Source: Chitinophagales bacterium (GTDB taxonomy: Bacteria; Bacteroidota; Bacteroidia; Chitinophagales; UBA8649). From it: 64,000 bases of DNA. The translations under genes were made by a program, and so were the position numbers. The notes under the pieces were generated by a model that worked only from the letters and a program-made list of their open reading frames with translations, was not told the origin of the DNA and ran no database searches. Location of the stretch: NCBI GenBank assembly GCA_049890075.1, contig JBMHCE010000024.1:10705-74704 (forward strand), read 5' to 3'. Positions 46,877-55,647 of this stretch are shown here, piece after piece (positions within the stretch are counted from its first letter, which is position 1; each line of letters starts with the position of its first letter).

Positions 46877-48138
46877 TCCAAGAGCAGTTCTTCTAGCTTA
46901 CAACTTCTAGAGCCTTTAACTAGAATCGAACACTCTGTATTGCTGTGATGGTGAAAACGCTGTTTCAAGTCTGTTTTCTTTTCATAAAAGGTTTGCTTCT
47001 CCGAAAATTGACACTGAGAGAATTCCTTACCAAAAAATAGAGCTTCAGATATGTCTAATGTTTGCACAAAGTCTACCAACGCTTGGTGTTCCTTGGCGCT
47101 GTATTCTCCGAGCTCTTTCATTTCGCCGAGTACTAGAATTTTCTCTTCAGGTCTTTTCATAAAACCATCGATGGACGCACGCATGCTACTTGGATTGGCA
47201 TTGTATGCATCAAGAACTACGGTCGCTTTATGTTGTACTAGGTATTGTGACCGATTGTTTTGGGGGTTATATGCTAAAAGGGGAGGGAGAAACTCTTTGT
47301 CGGTCATGGAAAAGTGGTTGCATACAGAAGCAGCGCCAATAATATTGTTTCTGTTGAATCCTCCTTTGAGATGAAAGATGCGTTTATCCCGTATCTCCTG
47401 ATGATAGATAATGTCTCCGTCTACTTCTAGGGGCATTGAAAAGTCTGCGGAGTCATCTAGTCCATAGGAAGTCTTGTGTTGGTAATCAGTTAGCCGTTTG
47501 GCAATTTCTTCTTCAGTACTCGGATAAAAGACTTGTCCCCCTGAAGAACACACCGCATCGAACAATTCCATTTTACCTCGCAGTACTCCTTCTAGTCCAC
47601 CAAAACCCTCTAAATGCGCTTTACCAATATTGGTAATTAATCCATGGCTAGGTTTGGCCCAGGCACAATAGCTTTGGATTTCACCCTGATGGTTAGCCCC
47701 CATTTCAATAATGGCTAGTTCATGTTCGGGTGTAATACGAAGTAAGGTAAGGGGTACTCCAATGTGGTTGTTAAAATTTCCCTTGGTGGCAAGTACGGTA
47801 TACTTTGCGCTTAAGCTTCGCTGAAGAAGTTCTTTAACCGTAGTTTTTCCGTTGGATCCAGTAAGTCCAATTACTGGGATATTGAGGGTTTCACGGTGCG
47901 TTGCAGCCATTTGCTGAAGGCATTCCAAGCTGTCTTCAACGAGGATACATCGCTGATCTATTACAGCCTTCTTCTCATCAACAATTGCACCGACTGCACC
48001 TTGGTCTAGGGCTTCTTTTACAAAGTCATTACCATTGAAGTTGGGACCCTTTAGCGCAACAAAAAGTTGGTTTTTGAAGACTTTGCGAGTGTCAATTGTT
48101 ACTCCGCTACTCTGAAGAAAGAGCTCGTACGCATTCAT
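46873..48138 (-). CDS. murF: UDP-N-acetylmuramoyl-tripeptide--D-alanyl-D-alanine ligase
   Basis: The Mur ligase P-loop IGLTGSNGKTT, DAYNANPSSM and the C-terminal VLVKGSR are present. Confidence 0.9.
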   Translation of the reverse strand: MNAYELFLQSSGVTIDTRKVFKNQLFVALKGPNFNGNDFVKEALDQGAVGAIVDEKKAVIDQRCILVEDSLECLQQMAATHRETLNIPVIGLTGSNGKTTVKELLQRSLSAKYTVLATKGNFNNHIGVPLTLLRITPEHELAIIEMGANHQGEIQSYCAWAKPSHGLITNIGKAHLEGFGGLEGVLRGKMELFDAVCSSGGQVFYPSTEEEIAKRLTDYQHKTSYGLDDSADFSMPLEVDGDIIYHQEIRDKRIFHLKGGFNRNNIIGAASVCNHFSMTDKEFLPPLLAYNPQNNRSQYLVQHKATVVLDAYNANPSSMRASIDGFMKRPEEKILVLGEMKELGEYSAKEHQALVDFVQTLDISEALFFGKEFSQCQFSEKQTFYEKKTDLKQRFHHHSNTECSILVKGSRSCKLEELLLD

Positions 48139-48148
48139 CGTGATAAGT

Positions 48149-48180
48149 TAAAAAAAAAAGCCTTCACATTGGAAGGCTTT
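48149..48180 (-). terminator. Rho-independent terminator downstream of gldJ
   Basis: The minus-strand RNA is AAAGCCUUC-CAAUGU-GAAGGCUUU, running into a U-run of about ten residues. It starts 25 nt after the gldJ stop. Confidence 0.8.
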
Positions 48181-48204
48181 CTTATTTCAAATGGCTAACC
48201 TTAG

Positions 48205-49749
48205 TTAGTCATGCCATTTAGATTTTTTACTTGCAAAGTCATTTCCTGTATTGGTTTCGACTCCTCCACAAAGGGCACCGATACATGGCATAGCTAATCG
48301 GAAACCGAGTGTGTTTAGTGATTCATCTTGATTGAGGTAGCGACGTGTTCCAGGACTCATGTACCAAGCCATGTCTTTCCAAGAACCGCCTTTGTAGACC
48401 CGTGCTTCATTGTTAACGAAGGTATTCTCAGCAGAATACATTGATGAGTCAGATTGTCCTTGCGCTCGCGATAAGCTGTCTCCATCCATGTAGTTTACAG
48501 CATTTGCAACTTGATAGTTTCTTCGACTTGAAAGCTCTTGAGCATCTTCTTCAACTTGAATGATTCTTCCTGTTGAATCATTGAATACTGGATTGTTCGA
48601 AGCGTCCATACTATCCGAAGTAAACACGTTTCCACGATATCCGTTAAGGTTGGAGATATCAGCAGATGACATTGCACGATACGCATCTTTAACCCACTCA
48701 CTCACATTACCAGCCATGTTATATAAACCATAGGCATTTGGCATTCCTGTAACTACTTTGGCAGTGTAGGCAGCTCCATCTTCTTTAGAACCTGCGATAC
48801 CAGAATAGTCACCTGGACGTCTCTGGAAGTTCACTAGGAACTTACCCATATCTTTTCCTTGATCATGTCGGAAGACATAAGACGGACCTTCCCAAGTGTA
48901 AATTTTGCTTTCTACAATACGGTTATCGTCTGGATGCAACTTTCCACCAATTTGCGCGATAGCTGCAAACTCCCATTGTGCTTCTGTTGGAAGTTCATAC
49001 GCTGGAAAGAAGATCCCGTCGTCTGCTCGAATAATTCGGCCTTCTTTTGACCCTGAAGAGTCAGAGGCATAATTCTTTGGTAGGTTTTGACCATTGACAG
49101 TATTCTCATCATACGTGAAGTTCTCGTTTAGGTAACCTTCTGTTGTGAAAAAAGAACCTGAATTTTGGTTGGTAATTGCACCTTCCTTGAGATCGAGGAT
49201 ACCACGGTCTACCAATACCTTTTCATTGACACGGTCAGTTCTCCAAGCTGCATAGTCAACTGCTTGTTCCCAACTTACACCTACGACAGGGTAGTCGTCA
49301 AAACCGGGTGAGGTGAAATAATAGTTTCTCAAGTTTTCGTTGTACTCTAATTCCTCACGCCATACATCTTGGTCGGGCATTGCTGCTTCAACCATATTTG
49401 GATAGTTTTCTTGGTAGATGGCACGCATCCAATAGATATATTCTCGATAGTTAAGATTGGTTACCTCGCATTCATCCATAAAGAATGGGTCAACCTCCAT
49501 AGTTTTCGATTGATTGTCCCAGAGATACATCACATCTTGCGCTCGATTACCCATTTCAAAAGTTCCTCCAGGGATAAATACTAGACCCGGAGCAGTTTCC
49601 TGTCCCGATTTAGCAACTTCAGTACGTTTTTCAATGCCGCCGAATTCTTCATTATTGTATTCCCACCCAGTATTCGACGAGGCTGGTTTTTCACAGCTCG
49701 TTAGCACAAGGCCAAGGAAGGCAGCAGATAAAAATGCGATGTTTCTCAT
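48205..49749 (-). CDS. gldJ: Gliding motility lipoprotein GldJ (GldJ/GldK/PorK FGE-sulfatase-fold family)
   Basis: It has a lipoprotein signal (LGLVLTSCEK) and FGE-like motifs (IPGGTFEMG, NVSEWV, VYKGGSWKD, LGFRLAM). Its size and position next to murF match the F. johnsoniae gldJ locus as I recall it. No gldLMN lies downstream. Confidence 0.75.
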   Translation of the reverse strand: MRNIAFLSAAFLGLVLTSCEKPASSNTGWEYNNEEFGGIEKRTEVAKSGQETAPGLVFIPGGTFEMGNRAQDVMYLWDNQSKTMEVDPFFMDECEVTNLNYREYIYWMRAIYQENYPNMVEAAMPDQDVWREELEYNENLRNYYFTSPGFDDYPVVGVSWEQAVDYAAWRTDRVNEKVLVDRGILDLKEGAITNQNSGSFFTTEGYLNENFTYDENTVNGQNLPKNYASDSSGSKEGRIIRADDGIFFPAYELPTEAQWEFAAIAQIGGKLHPDDNRIVESKIYTWEGPSYVFRHDQGKDMGKFLVNFQRRPGDYSGIAGSKEDGAAYTAKVVTGMPNAYGLYNMAGNVSEWVKDAYRAMSSADISNLNGYRGNVFTSDSMDASNNPVFNDSTGRIIQVEEDAQELSSRRNYQVANAVNYMDGDSLSRAQGQSDSSMYSAENTFVNNEARVYKGGSWKDMAWYMSPGTRRYLNQDESLNTLGFRLAMPCIGALCGGVETNTGNDFASKKSKWHD

Positions 49750-49797
49750 TTGTGGATAAATTTCAAGAATGACAAATATAATTGAATATATCAATGG

Positions 49798-50832
49798 TTA
49801 GTATAAAAAATGGCTTGGACACAATAATTTTCCTTCGATATAACTAGGTCTCACACTATTGGTTTCCTTGGACAGATTAAAGACTAGGGAAATTTCGTGT
49901 GAGGCCTGCATAGCTGAGGATTGCGCAAAGTGTATATCGTGGCTGTACATCAATTTAAATTGATTGAGGGCAAAGCCCAACCCTGTATAAACGGCATCTG
50001 TCCCCCCTATAGTATGCCGAAAGCCTACAGAAAAAAACAAGGGGTGAATCGTGAGCTCGGTTCCCACGGTAATTCGGTTTAACTCGCCTTGATGAGAAAA
50101 TAGGGCAAAAGGGGTTATAAAGTTGCTTGATTTTCTTCGTAGGTCAAGGGGGAAGGCATAACTTCCATGAACACGGAATCCCCCATTCTTAATGGTGTTT
50201 TCAAAGAGTGCAGGGCTCGGTAAAAAGTTGTAGAAACTCAAACCAAGATACCCTCTTGGGCTTACAATACTTAGTCCTGCATTCATATTAAACTCATGGA
50301 TGTTCGGCTGTAGTTGACCGGCATCCGCACTTGTGTTTGGTGTTCCGCTGATATTTGTAAAGCCGTATACAGGATCAATTTGATCTAAAAATCTGAGGTT
50401 GTTTACATCATATCCTTGAAACTGATAAAGGGCACTTAGTCCTATTCTCACAGCAAACGTATTCGTCCGGTTTCGTGCTTGATAGGCATAGGATGCAGCC
50501 ATGGCACTTCGTTTGTACAGGCCGTTACCTACTTGATGTTGGTCCATAGATAGGCCAATTCCACCGCTTAGTGATTCTACATGCTGGGCATAATCCAAAT
50601 GGTAGCTTGTAAATCCACCATTAGCTCCTCCATTAAGCTGCGGCCACTGATTGCGATAGAGTAGTGCAATTCTTGGACCATGAGCAATTCCTGTAAGGGC
50701 GGGATTTAAACTGCTTGGAGACATTTGAAACTGACTGTATTCGACAAACTGAGCCTGAACGGCATATGTCGAAAACAACAGGATGCACAGCGTTGCTAGC
50801 AGATTTTTTGACTTGAATAACAATTGATTCAT
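49798..50832 (-). CDS. PorP/SprF family type IX secretion system membrane protein
   Basis: A signal peptide ending in AVQAQ is followed by the family N-terminal motif (FVEYSQFQMSPSSLNPALTG) and a beta-barrel-like remainder. The start is set at ATG 50832. Confidence 0.7.
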   Translation of the reverse strand: MNQLLFKSKNLLATLCILLFSTYAVQAQFVEYSQFQMSPSSLNPALTGIAHGPRIALLYRNQWPQLNGGANGGFTSYHLDYAQHVESLSGGIGLSMDQHQVGNGLYKRSAMAASYAYQARNRTNTFAVRIGLSALYQFQGYDVNNLRFLDQIDPVYGFTNISGTPNTSADAGQLQPNIHEFNMNAGLSIVSPRGYLGLSFYNFLPSPALFENTIKNGGFRVHGSYAFPLDLRRKSSNFITPFALFSHQGELNRITVGTELTIHPLFFSVGFRHTIGGTDAVYTGLGFALNQFKLMYSHDIHFAQSSAMQASHEISLVFNLSKETNSVRPSYIEGKLLCPSHFLY

Positions 50833-50969
50833 ACCACTTCTCAGATAAAGGTACAGTCCTAACGGGCACTTTAAAAATCTTACGCTCGCCAATATGGAGC
50901 TAAGTTGCAATATCCTACCTTTATAGACGTTCCTATAATGCTCTTCAATAACGCAGAACGCCAAGGTAT

Positions 50970-53900
50970 ATGATTAATTGTGTCCAATCCATCTTTTCTC
51001 ACTGGAGCACCGGGCGTCGTGACGTTCTTATAGTATTGCTGTGTTTAGGGCTTCCGCTTGGTGCATTTGCTCAGGCTGCGAATAGTGTGCTTAGCACGGG
51101 GAGCTGGTATTTTTTAGAAACAACGAGTGATGATGTTTATGTTATAGACGGTGATGTTGTTTATGGTGACCTCCAACTTTCAGCGCCTATTTCATTCGCA
51201 AGCCTTGGGTTATTTTCCTCTTCTGAAGGGCCTCTGCAAGAAGCAAATAGCGCACCACGTGCCCAAGGACTTCAGGAAATTCCCACCCATCATGTAGATC
51301 AAAATAGCAATGGCCTATTTGATGCGGAAGATGCCATAGTCTTTTACAGTCATGGTCCTCACAATTGGATTCTCGAAAGCGGTGATGTTACCCTAGACTT
51401 TAATCAGTATTCGGATGTCGCGGGTTTTTTCTTCACGCCAGACCAAGGTAGCGGTCTACAATCGACACAGGCGGCAAGCGTTTCGGCTACCACTACCGTT
51501 GGGGATTATGATTTTCTTTCTTTTTGGAAGGAAGATGATGTCAATCTCTATCGATCAGGAAGGCGGTGGCTGAGTAGCCCAATGACGACCTCAAATGCCT
51601 CTAAGTCTTGGAGCTTAGACCTTTCCAATAAAGTGGGTCCTGCCCCCCTGACTATAGCCCTGCGGGTTGCGAGTGCTGCAGAGAGCAATGCAACCATACA
51701 GTTGCGACTTAATAATCAAGCAATATCCGACCTCACCATGCCCGCATTGGGTAATGGCACTTACCGTGACGTTGCTCGCACAACGTCTACCTCTCTAACG
51801 ACGACGGCCTCTACTGGCTTGTCCACCGTTCAATTGACGTATTCAACGCCGGACCCTCAAGGAAAGGGCTACTTGGAAGACTTGATCTGTCATACACGGA
51901 AAAATCTTGTTCCTACCGATGGAAGACTGCGCTTTCGAGATGTAAGTCAAGTCCAGCAGGGCGGCAGCGTGAAATACAACATATCCATTCCCTCAAATGC
52001 CCCTTGGCAGGTATGGGATGTGACCATCGCGTATGCTCCTTTTGGTATTGAAACGAGTCAATCAGCGAATTCAGTTGAATTTGGTGTAGCAACTGATACG
52101 TTAAGAGAGTTTCTGGCTTTTGACCCCTCTCAACGTGCTAGTTTTCCTAGACCGAATTTCGTGGGTACTGTGCCTAATCAAAACTTACGCGGCATGCCTT
52201 CTACTGATATGGTTATTGTCACGTCTTCGGCCATGAAATCTGCAGCAGAGACCTTGGCCAATCACCGTGAGCAGGGATATGGACTAGATGTGGAGGTGGT
52301 TACCATTGATGAAGTGTACAATGAGTTTTCCTCAGGTCAAGCCGATTTGTGTGCTGTGCGAGACCTGATGAGGATGCTATACACAGAGGCGGCGACTCCA
52401 GAAGATCGCCCTCAATATCTCCTATTACTAGGCGATGCGTCATTTGATCCTAAAAACCGGGTAAGTACAGGGAGTCGAAACATAATACTAACCTATGAGA
52501 GCCCAGCGTCCTTTAGTCCTCTGCAAACCTATGCGACAGACGACTTTTATGGTTTTCTAGATGATGATGAAGGGTTAAATATCGCTACGACTAGCCAGTC
52601 AAATGACTTGGACATTGCAATTGGTCGTTTGCCCGTTTCAACAGGTGAAGAGGCGGTAGCCTTGGTTCAGAAAATCATTGATTATGATGATGGGGGTTAT
52701 TTCGGCGATTGGCGAAATCGCGTAACATTTGTTGCGGATGACGAGGATAATGAGTTACACATGCGTGATGCAGATGAATTAGCTGACTGGGTGCGGCTTA
52801 ATCAATCCAACTTGAATGTCAACAAAATATATCTCGATGCTTTTGCTCAAGTAAATGCTGCGGGTGGTGATCGTTATCCGTCAGTTAATGAAGCCATTAA
52901 CAGGCAATTGTTTAAAGGAAGCCTCATTGTGAACTACACAGGGCATGGTGGTCCTGAGAACTGGGCACAGGAACGCGTTTTTAATCGGGAAGATATGGCT
53001 GAGCTGTCCAATAAGGAACGACTCCCTTTGTTTATCACAGCTACGTGTGATTTTTCGGTATATGATGATCCCGATGCAGTTACTGCGGGAGAGGTTTTGA
53101 TTACTAATCCAAACGGTGGAGCCATAGCTTTAGTAACCACATCAAGGCTCGTCTTTTCTTCAAGTAATCGCATCATCAATAATAGTTATATACAAAACTT
53201 GCTACCTGTTGGAGGAAGTGTGCCTACGATTGGAGAGGCCCTTCGACGGGCCAAAAACGCCATTCCTCAAAATGCTAATAACAGGAAGTTTACCTTACTT
53301 GGTGATCCATGTACTCGGCTAGCTATACCAAAGTATACCATTCATACGGTAGCGATCAACGGCAATTCTCCGGGAGGTAATGATACCCTAAAGGCTCTTT
53401 CAGAGGTAACCATACAAGCGGAAGTCCGTGATGAAAACGATATGCTATTGACGAGTTTCGATGGGATTGCTATACCGAGCGTTTTTGATAAAGTTTCGGA
53501 TGTTTCCACTCGAGCAAACGATCCTGAGGCGGATGTATTTACCTATCAGGCACAACAGAATTTATTGTTTAGGGGCCAGTCGTCGGTGAGCAATGGCCAA
53601 TTTTCATTTACGTTTATTGTACCAAAAGACATAAACTATGCAATTGGTGAAGGAAAGCTAAGCTATTATGCTAGTCCTAATACGGGCATCATGGATGCTG
53701 CTGGCTATGATAGTGATGTGCTAATTGGTGGAACATCAACCAATCCTATTATTGACAATGAAGGCCCTCAAGTAGATGTTTTTATGAATGACGCTTCCTT
53801 CCAGTTTGGCGGCCTTACGGATGCAAATCCAATACTTTATGTCAAGCTACGCGATGAAAGTGGTTTAAATACGGTGGGGAATGGAATCGGTCATGATATA

Positions 53901-54431
53901 ACAGGAACACTTGACAACAACACGCAAGCACAGTTTGTATTGAATGACTTTTTTAAGTCTGCATTGGACTCGTTCACGACAGGTGAAGTGTATTATCCGT
54001 TACGTAATTTGGAGGATGGACTCCATAATATAAGAGTTCGAGCTTGGGATGTGTTAAACAATAGCGGTGAGGGCTACACGGAGTTTGTTGTGGTTTCTGC
54101 ACCTCAATTGGCGATTGAACATTTGATCAATGCGCCAAACCCAGTGTTACATTCTACTTCTTTTCTCTTTGAATTCAATAATCCTGGGGAATCAGCGGAC
54201 TTAGAGGCAGTGATTGAGATTTTTAACGCATATGGCGAACGGGTTCAAACCCTTGTATACCCCCTTACCTCACTAGAGGGTTATCGTGTTGCTCCCGGGG
54301 AGCTCACTTGGGACGGTAGAGATGCATCAGGTGCGCCTTTAGCTAAGGGCACTTACCTGTATCGCCTACAAATTACAGGAAGTGATGGTAGGAAGGCAGA
54401 AGCCTCTGAGAAATTGGTACTTTTACGTTAA
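50970..54431 (+). CDS. porU: Type IX secretion system sortase PorU (C25 gingipain-like cysteine peptidase)
   Basis: The protein is 1153 aa. The His/Cys dyad context is present (VNYTGHGGPENW, LFITATCDF). The C-terminal ~90 aa resemble a T9SS CTD (..GTYLYRLQITGSDGRKAEASEKLVLLR). porV follows directly. Confidence 0.85.
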   Translation: MINCVQSIFSHWSTGRRDVLIVLLCLGLPLGAFAQAANSVLSTGSWYFLETTSDDVYVIDGDVVYGDLQLSAPISFASLGLFSSSEGPLQEANSAPRAQGLQEIPTHHVDQNSNGLFDAEDAIVFYSHGPHNWILESGDVTLDFNQYSDVAGFFFTPDQGSGLQSTQAASVSATTTVGDYDFLSFWKEDDVNLYRSGRRWLSSPMTTSNASKSWSLDLSNKVGPAPLTIALRVASAAESNATIQLRLNNQAISDLTMPALGNGTYRDVARTTSTSLTTTASTGLSTVQLTYSTPDPQGKGYLEDLICHTRKNLVPTDGRLRFRDVSQVQQGGSVKYNISIPSNAPWQVWDVTIAYAPFGIETSQSANSVEFGVATDTLREFLAFDPSQRASFPRPNFVGTVPNQNLRGMPSTDMVIVTSSAMKSAAETLANHREQGYGLDVEVVTIDEVYNEFSSGQADLCAVRDLMRMLYTEAATPEDRPQYLLLLGDASFDPKNRVSTGSRNIILTYESPASFSPLQTYATDDFYGFLDDDEGLNIATTSQSNDLDIAIGRLPVSTGEEAVALVQKIIDYDDGGYFGDWRNRVTFVADDEDNELHMRDADELADWVRLNQSNLNVNKIYLDAFAQVNAAGGDRYPSVNEAINRQLFKGSLIVNYTGHGGPENWAQERVFNREDMAELSNKERLPLFITATCDFSVYDDPDAVTAGEVLITNPNGGAIALVTTSRLVFSSSNRIINNSYIQNLLPVGGSVPTIGEALRRAKNAIPQNANNRKFTLLGDPCTRLAIPKYTIHTVAINGNSPGGNDTLKALSEVTIQAEVRDENDMLLTSFDGIAIPSVFDKVSDVSTRANDPEADVFTYQAQQNLLFRGQSSVSNGQFSFTFIVPKDINYAIGEGKLSYYASPNTGIMDAAGYDSDVLIGGTSTNPIIDNEGPQVDVFMNDASFQFGGLTDANPILYVKLRDESGLNTVGNGIGHDITGTLDNNTQAQFVLNDFFKSALDSFTTGEVYYPLRNLEDGLHNIRVRAWDVLNNSGEGYTEFVVVSAPQLAIEHLINAPNPVLHSTSFLFEFNNPGESADLEAVIEIFNAYGERVQTLVYPLTSLEGYRVAPGELTWDGRDASGAPLAKGTYLYRLQITGSDGRKAEASEKLVLLR

Positions 54432-54440
54432 CCGAATAGC

Positions 54441-55637
54441 ATGAGATATACAGCAATTATTTTACTATTGAGTTTGTTTACAGGACAACTCCTTGCGCAA
54501 AATGTCGATAATCAAGACATCATAGATGCCAATACCATTACGACAGCCGTTCCTTTTCTAAGAATAAATCCCGATGCTCGATCGGGCGCAATGGGTGACG
54601 TGGGATTGGCTTTAGGCGCTGATGCCAATGCTATTTTCACGAACCCTGCTCGCATGGCCTTTATAGAAAGTGAATATGGGGTTTCGATGACTTTTGTGCC
54701 TTGGTTGCGAAACCTAGTTCGAGATGTGTATCTCGCGGATCTAGTGGGGTATTATCGACTTCCTAATGCGCAGACCATATCGTCTTCTATGCGCTACTTT
54801 TCTTTAGGAGAAATTCAGTTTACCGATAATCAAGGAAACTCTCTTGGTACAGGCCAACCCAAGGAGTTTGCAATGGACTTAAACTATGCGCGAGCCTTTG
54901 GTGAAAAGGGAGGCTTTCAAACAGGAGTCGGCGTTGGACTTCGTTACATCTATTCTAATTTATCAGTGAGCAGCAATGTAAGCAGTGGTCCTGATATTCG
55001 TCCAGGACACGCAGCCGGTGCGGATGTCTCTGTCTTTATGACTAAGCCTTATAAGTTGGACAAGATTAAAGGGATGGACTTCAATATGGGTCTTGCCATC
55101 ACCAATATCGGTAGCAAAATGACCTACACGCAAAATGCAGTGAACAAGGATTTTATTCCAACGAATCTTGGTGTAGGCTTCGGTGTGGACCTCCATATTG
55201 ATGATATTCATAGTGTGGGCATATATACAGATGTAAACAAGCTTCTTGTCCCAACTCCTGATACCATTGATGCTGATAATGACGGTGTCTTTGATTATCG
55301 CGAACGCTCCGTAGTTGGCGGTATGTTCTCGTCGTTTGCCGATGCACCGGGAGGATTTAAAGAGGAGTTGAGAGAGTTTTATGTAGGAGCAGGTGTTGAG
55401 TATTGGTACAACAAGCAATTTGCTCTTCGTATGGGATACTTCTATGAGCACCCAACCAAAGGAGCTCGCAAGTTCTTAAGTGCTGGGGCCGGTGTTAAGT
55501 ACTCAGTGTTTTCATTGAATTTTGCGTATTTGATCCCTACTTCATCCAATAGAAATCCTCTAGACAACACCTTGCGTTTTAGTTTATTGTTTGAATTTAA
55601 CAAGGATAGTGAGGCAGCACCAATTGGTGTGCAATAA
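54441..55637 (+). CDS. porV: Type IX secretion system outer membrane shuttle/channel protein PorV (LptO)
   Basis: A signal peptide is followed by the conserved N-terminus (TTAVPFLRINPDARSGAMGDVGLALGADANAIFTNPA). The protein is a FadL-like barrel ending in ..RFSLLFEF. Confidence 0.85.
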   Translation: MRYTAIILLLSLFTGQLLAQNVDNQDIIDANTITTAVPFLRINPDARSGAMGDVGLALGADANAIFTNPARMAFIESEYGVSMTFVPWLRNLVRDVYLADLVGYYRLPNAQTISSSMRYFSLGEIQFTDNQGNSLGTGQPKEFAMDLNYARAFGEKGGFQTGVGVGLRYIYSNLSVSSNVSSGPDIRPGHAAGADVSVFMTKPYKLDKIKGMDFNMGLAITNIGSKMTYTQNAVNKDFIPTNLGVGFGVDLHIDDIHSVGIYTDVNKLLVPTPDTIDADNDGVFDYRERSVVGGMFSSFADAPGGFKEELREFYVGAGVEYWYNKQFALRMGYFYEHPTKGARKFLSAGAGVKYSVFSLNFAYLIPTSSNRNPLDNTLRFSLLFEFNKDSEAAPIGVQ

Positions 55638-55647
55638 ATAAGGCCTT

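Noticed and set aside
54963-55451. A 162-aa minus-strand ORF inside porV.
   Set aside because: It is antisense to a confidently identified porV, has no recognisable features and has an unusual composition.
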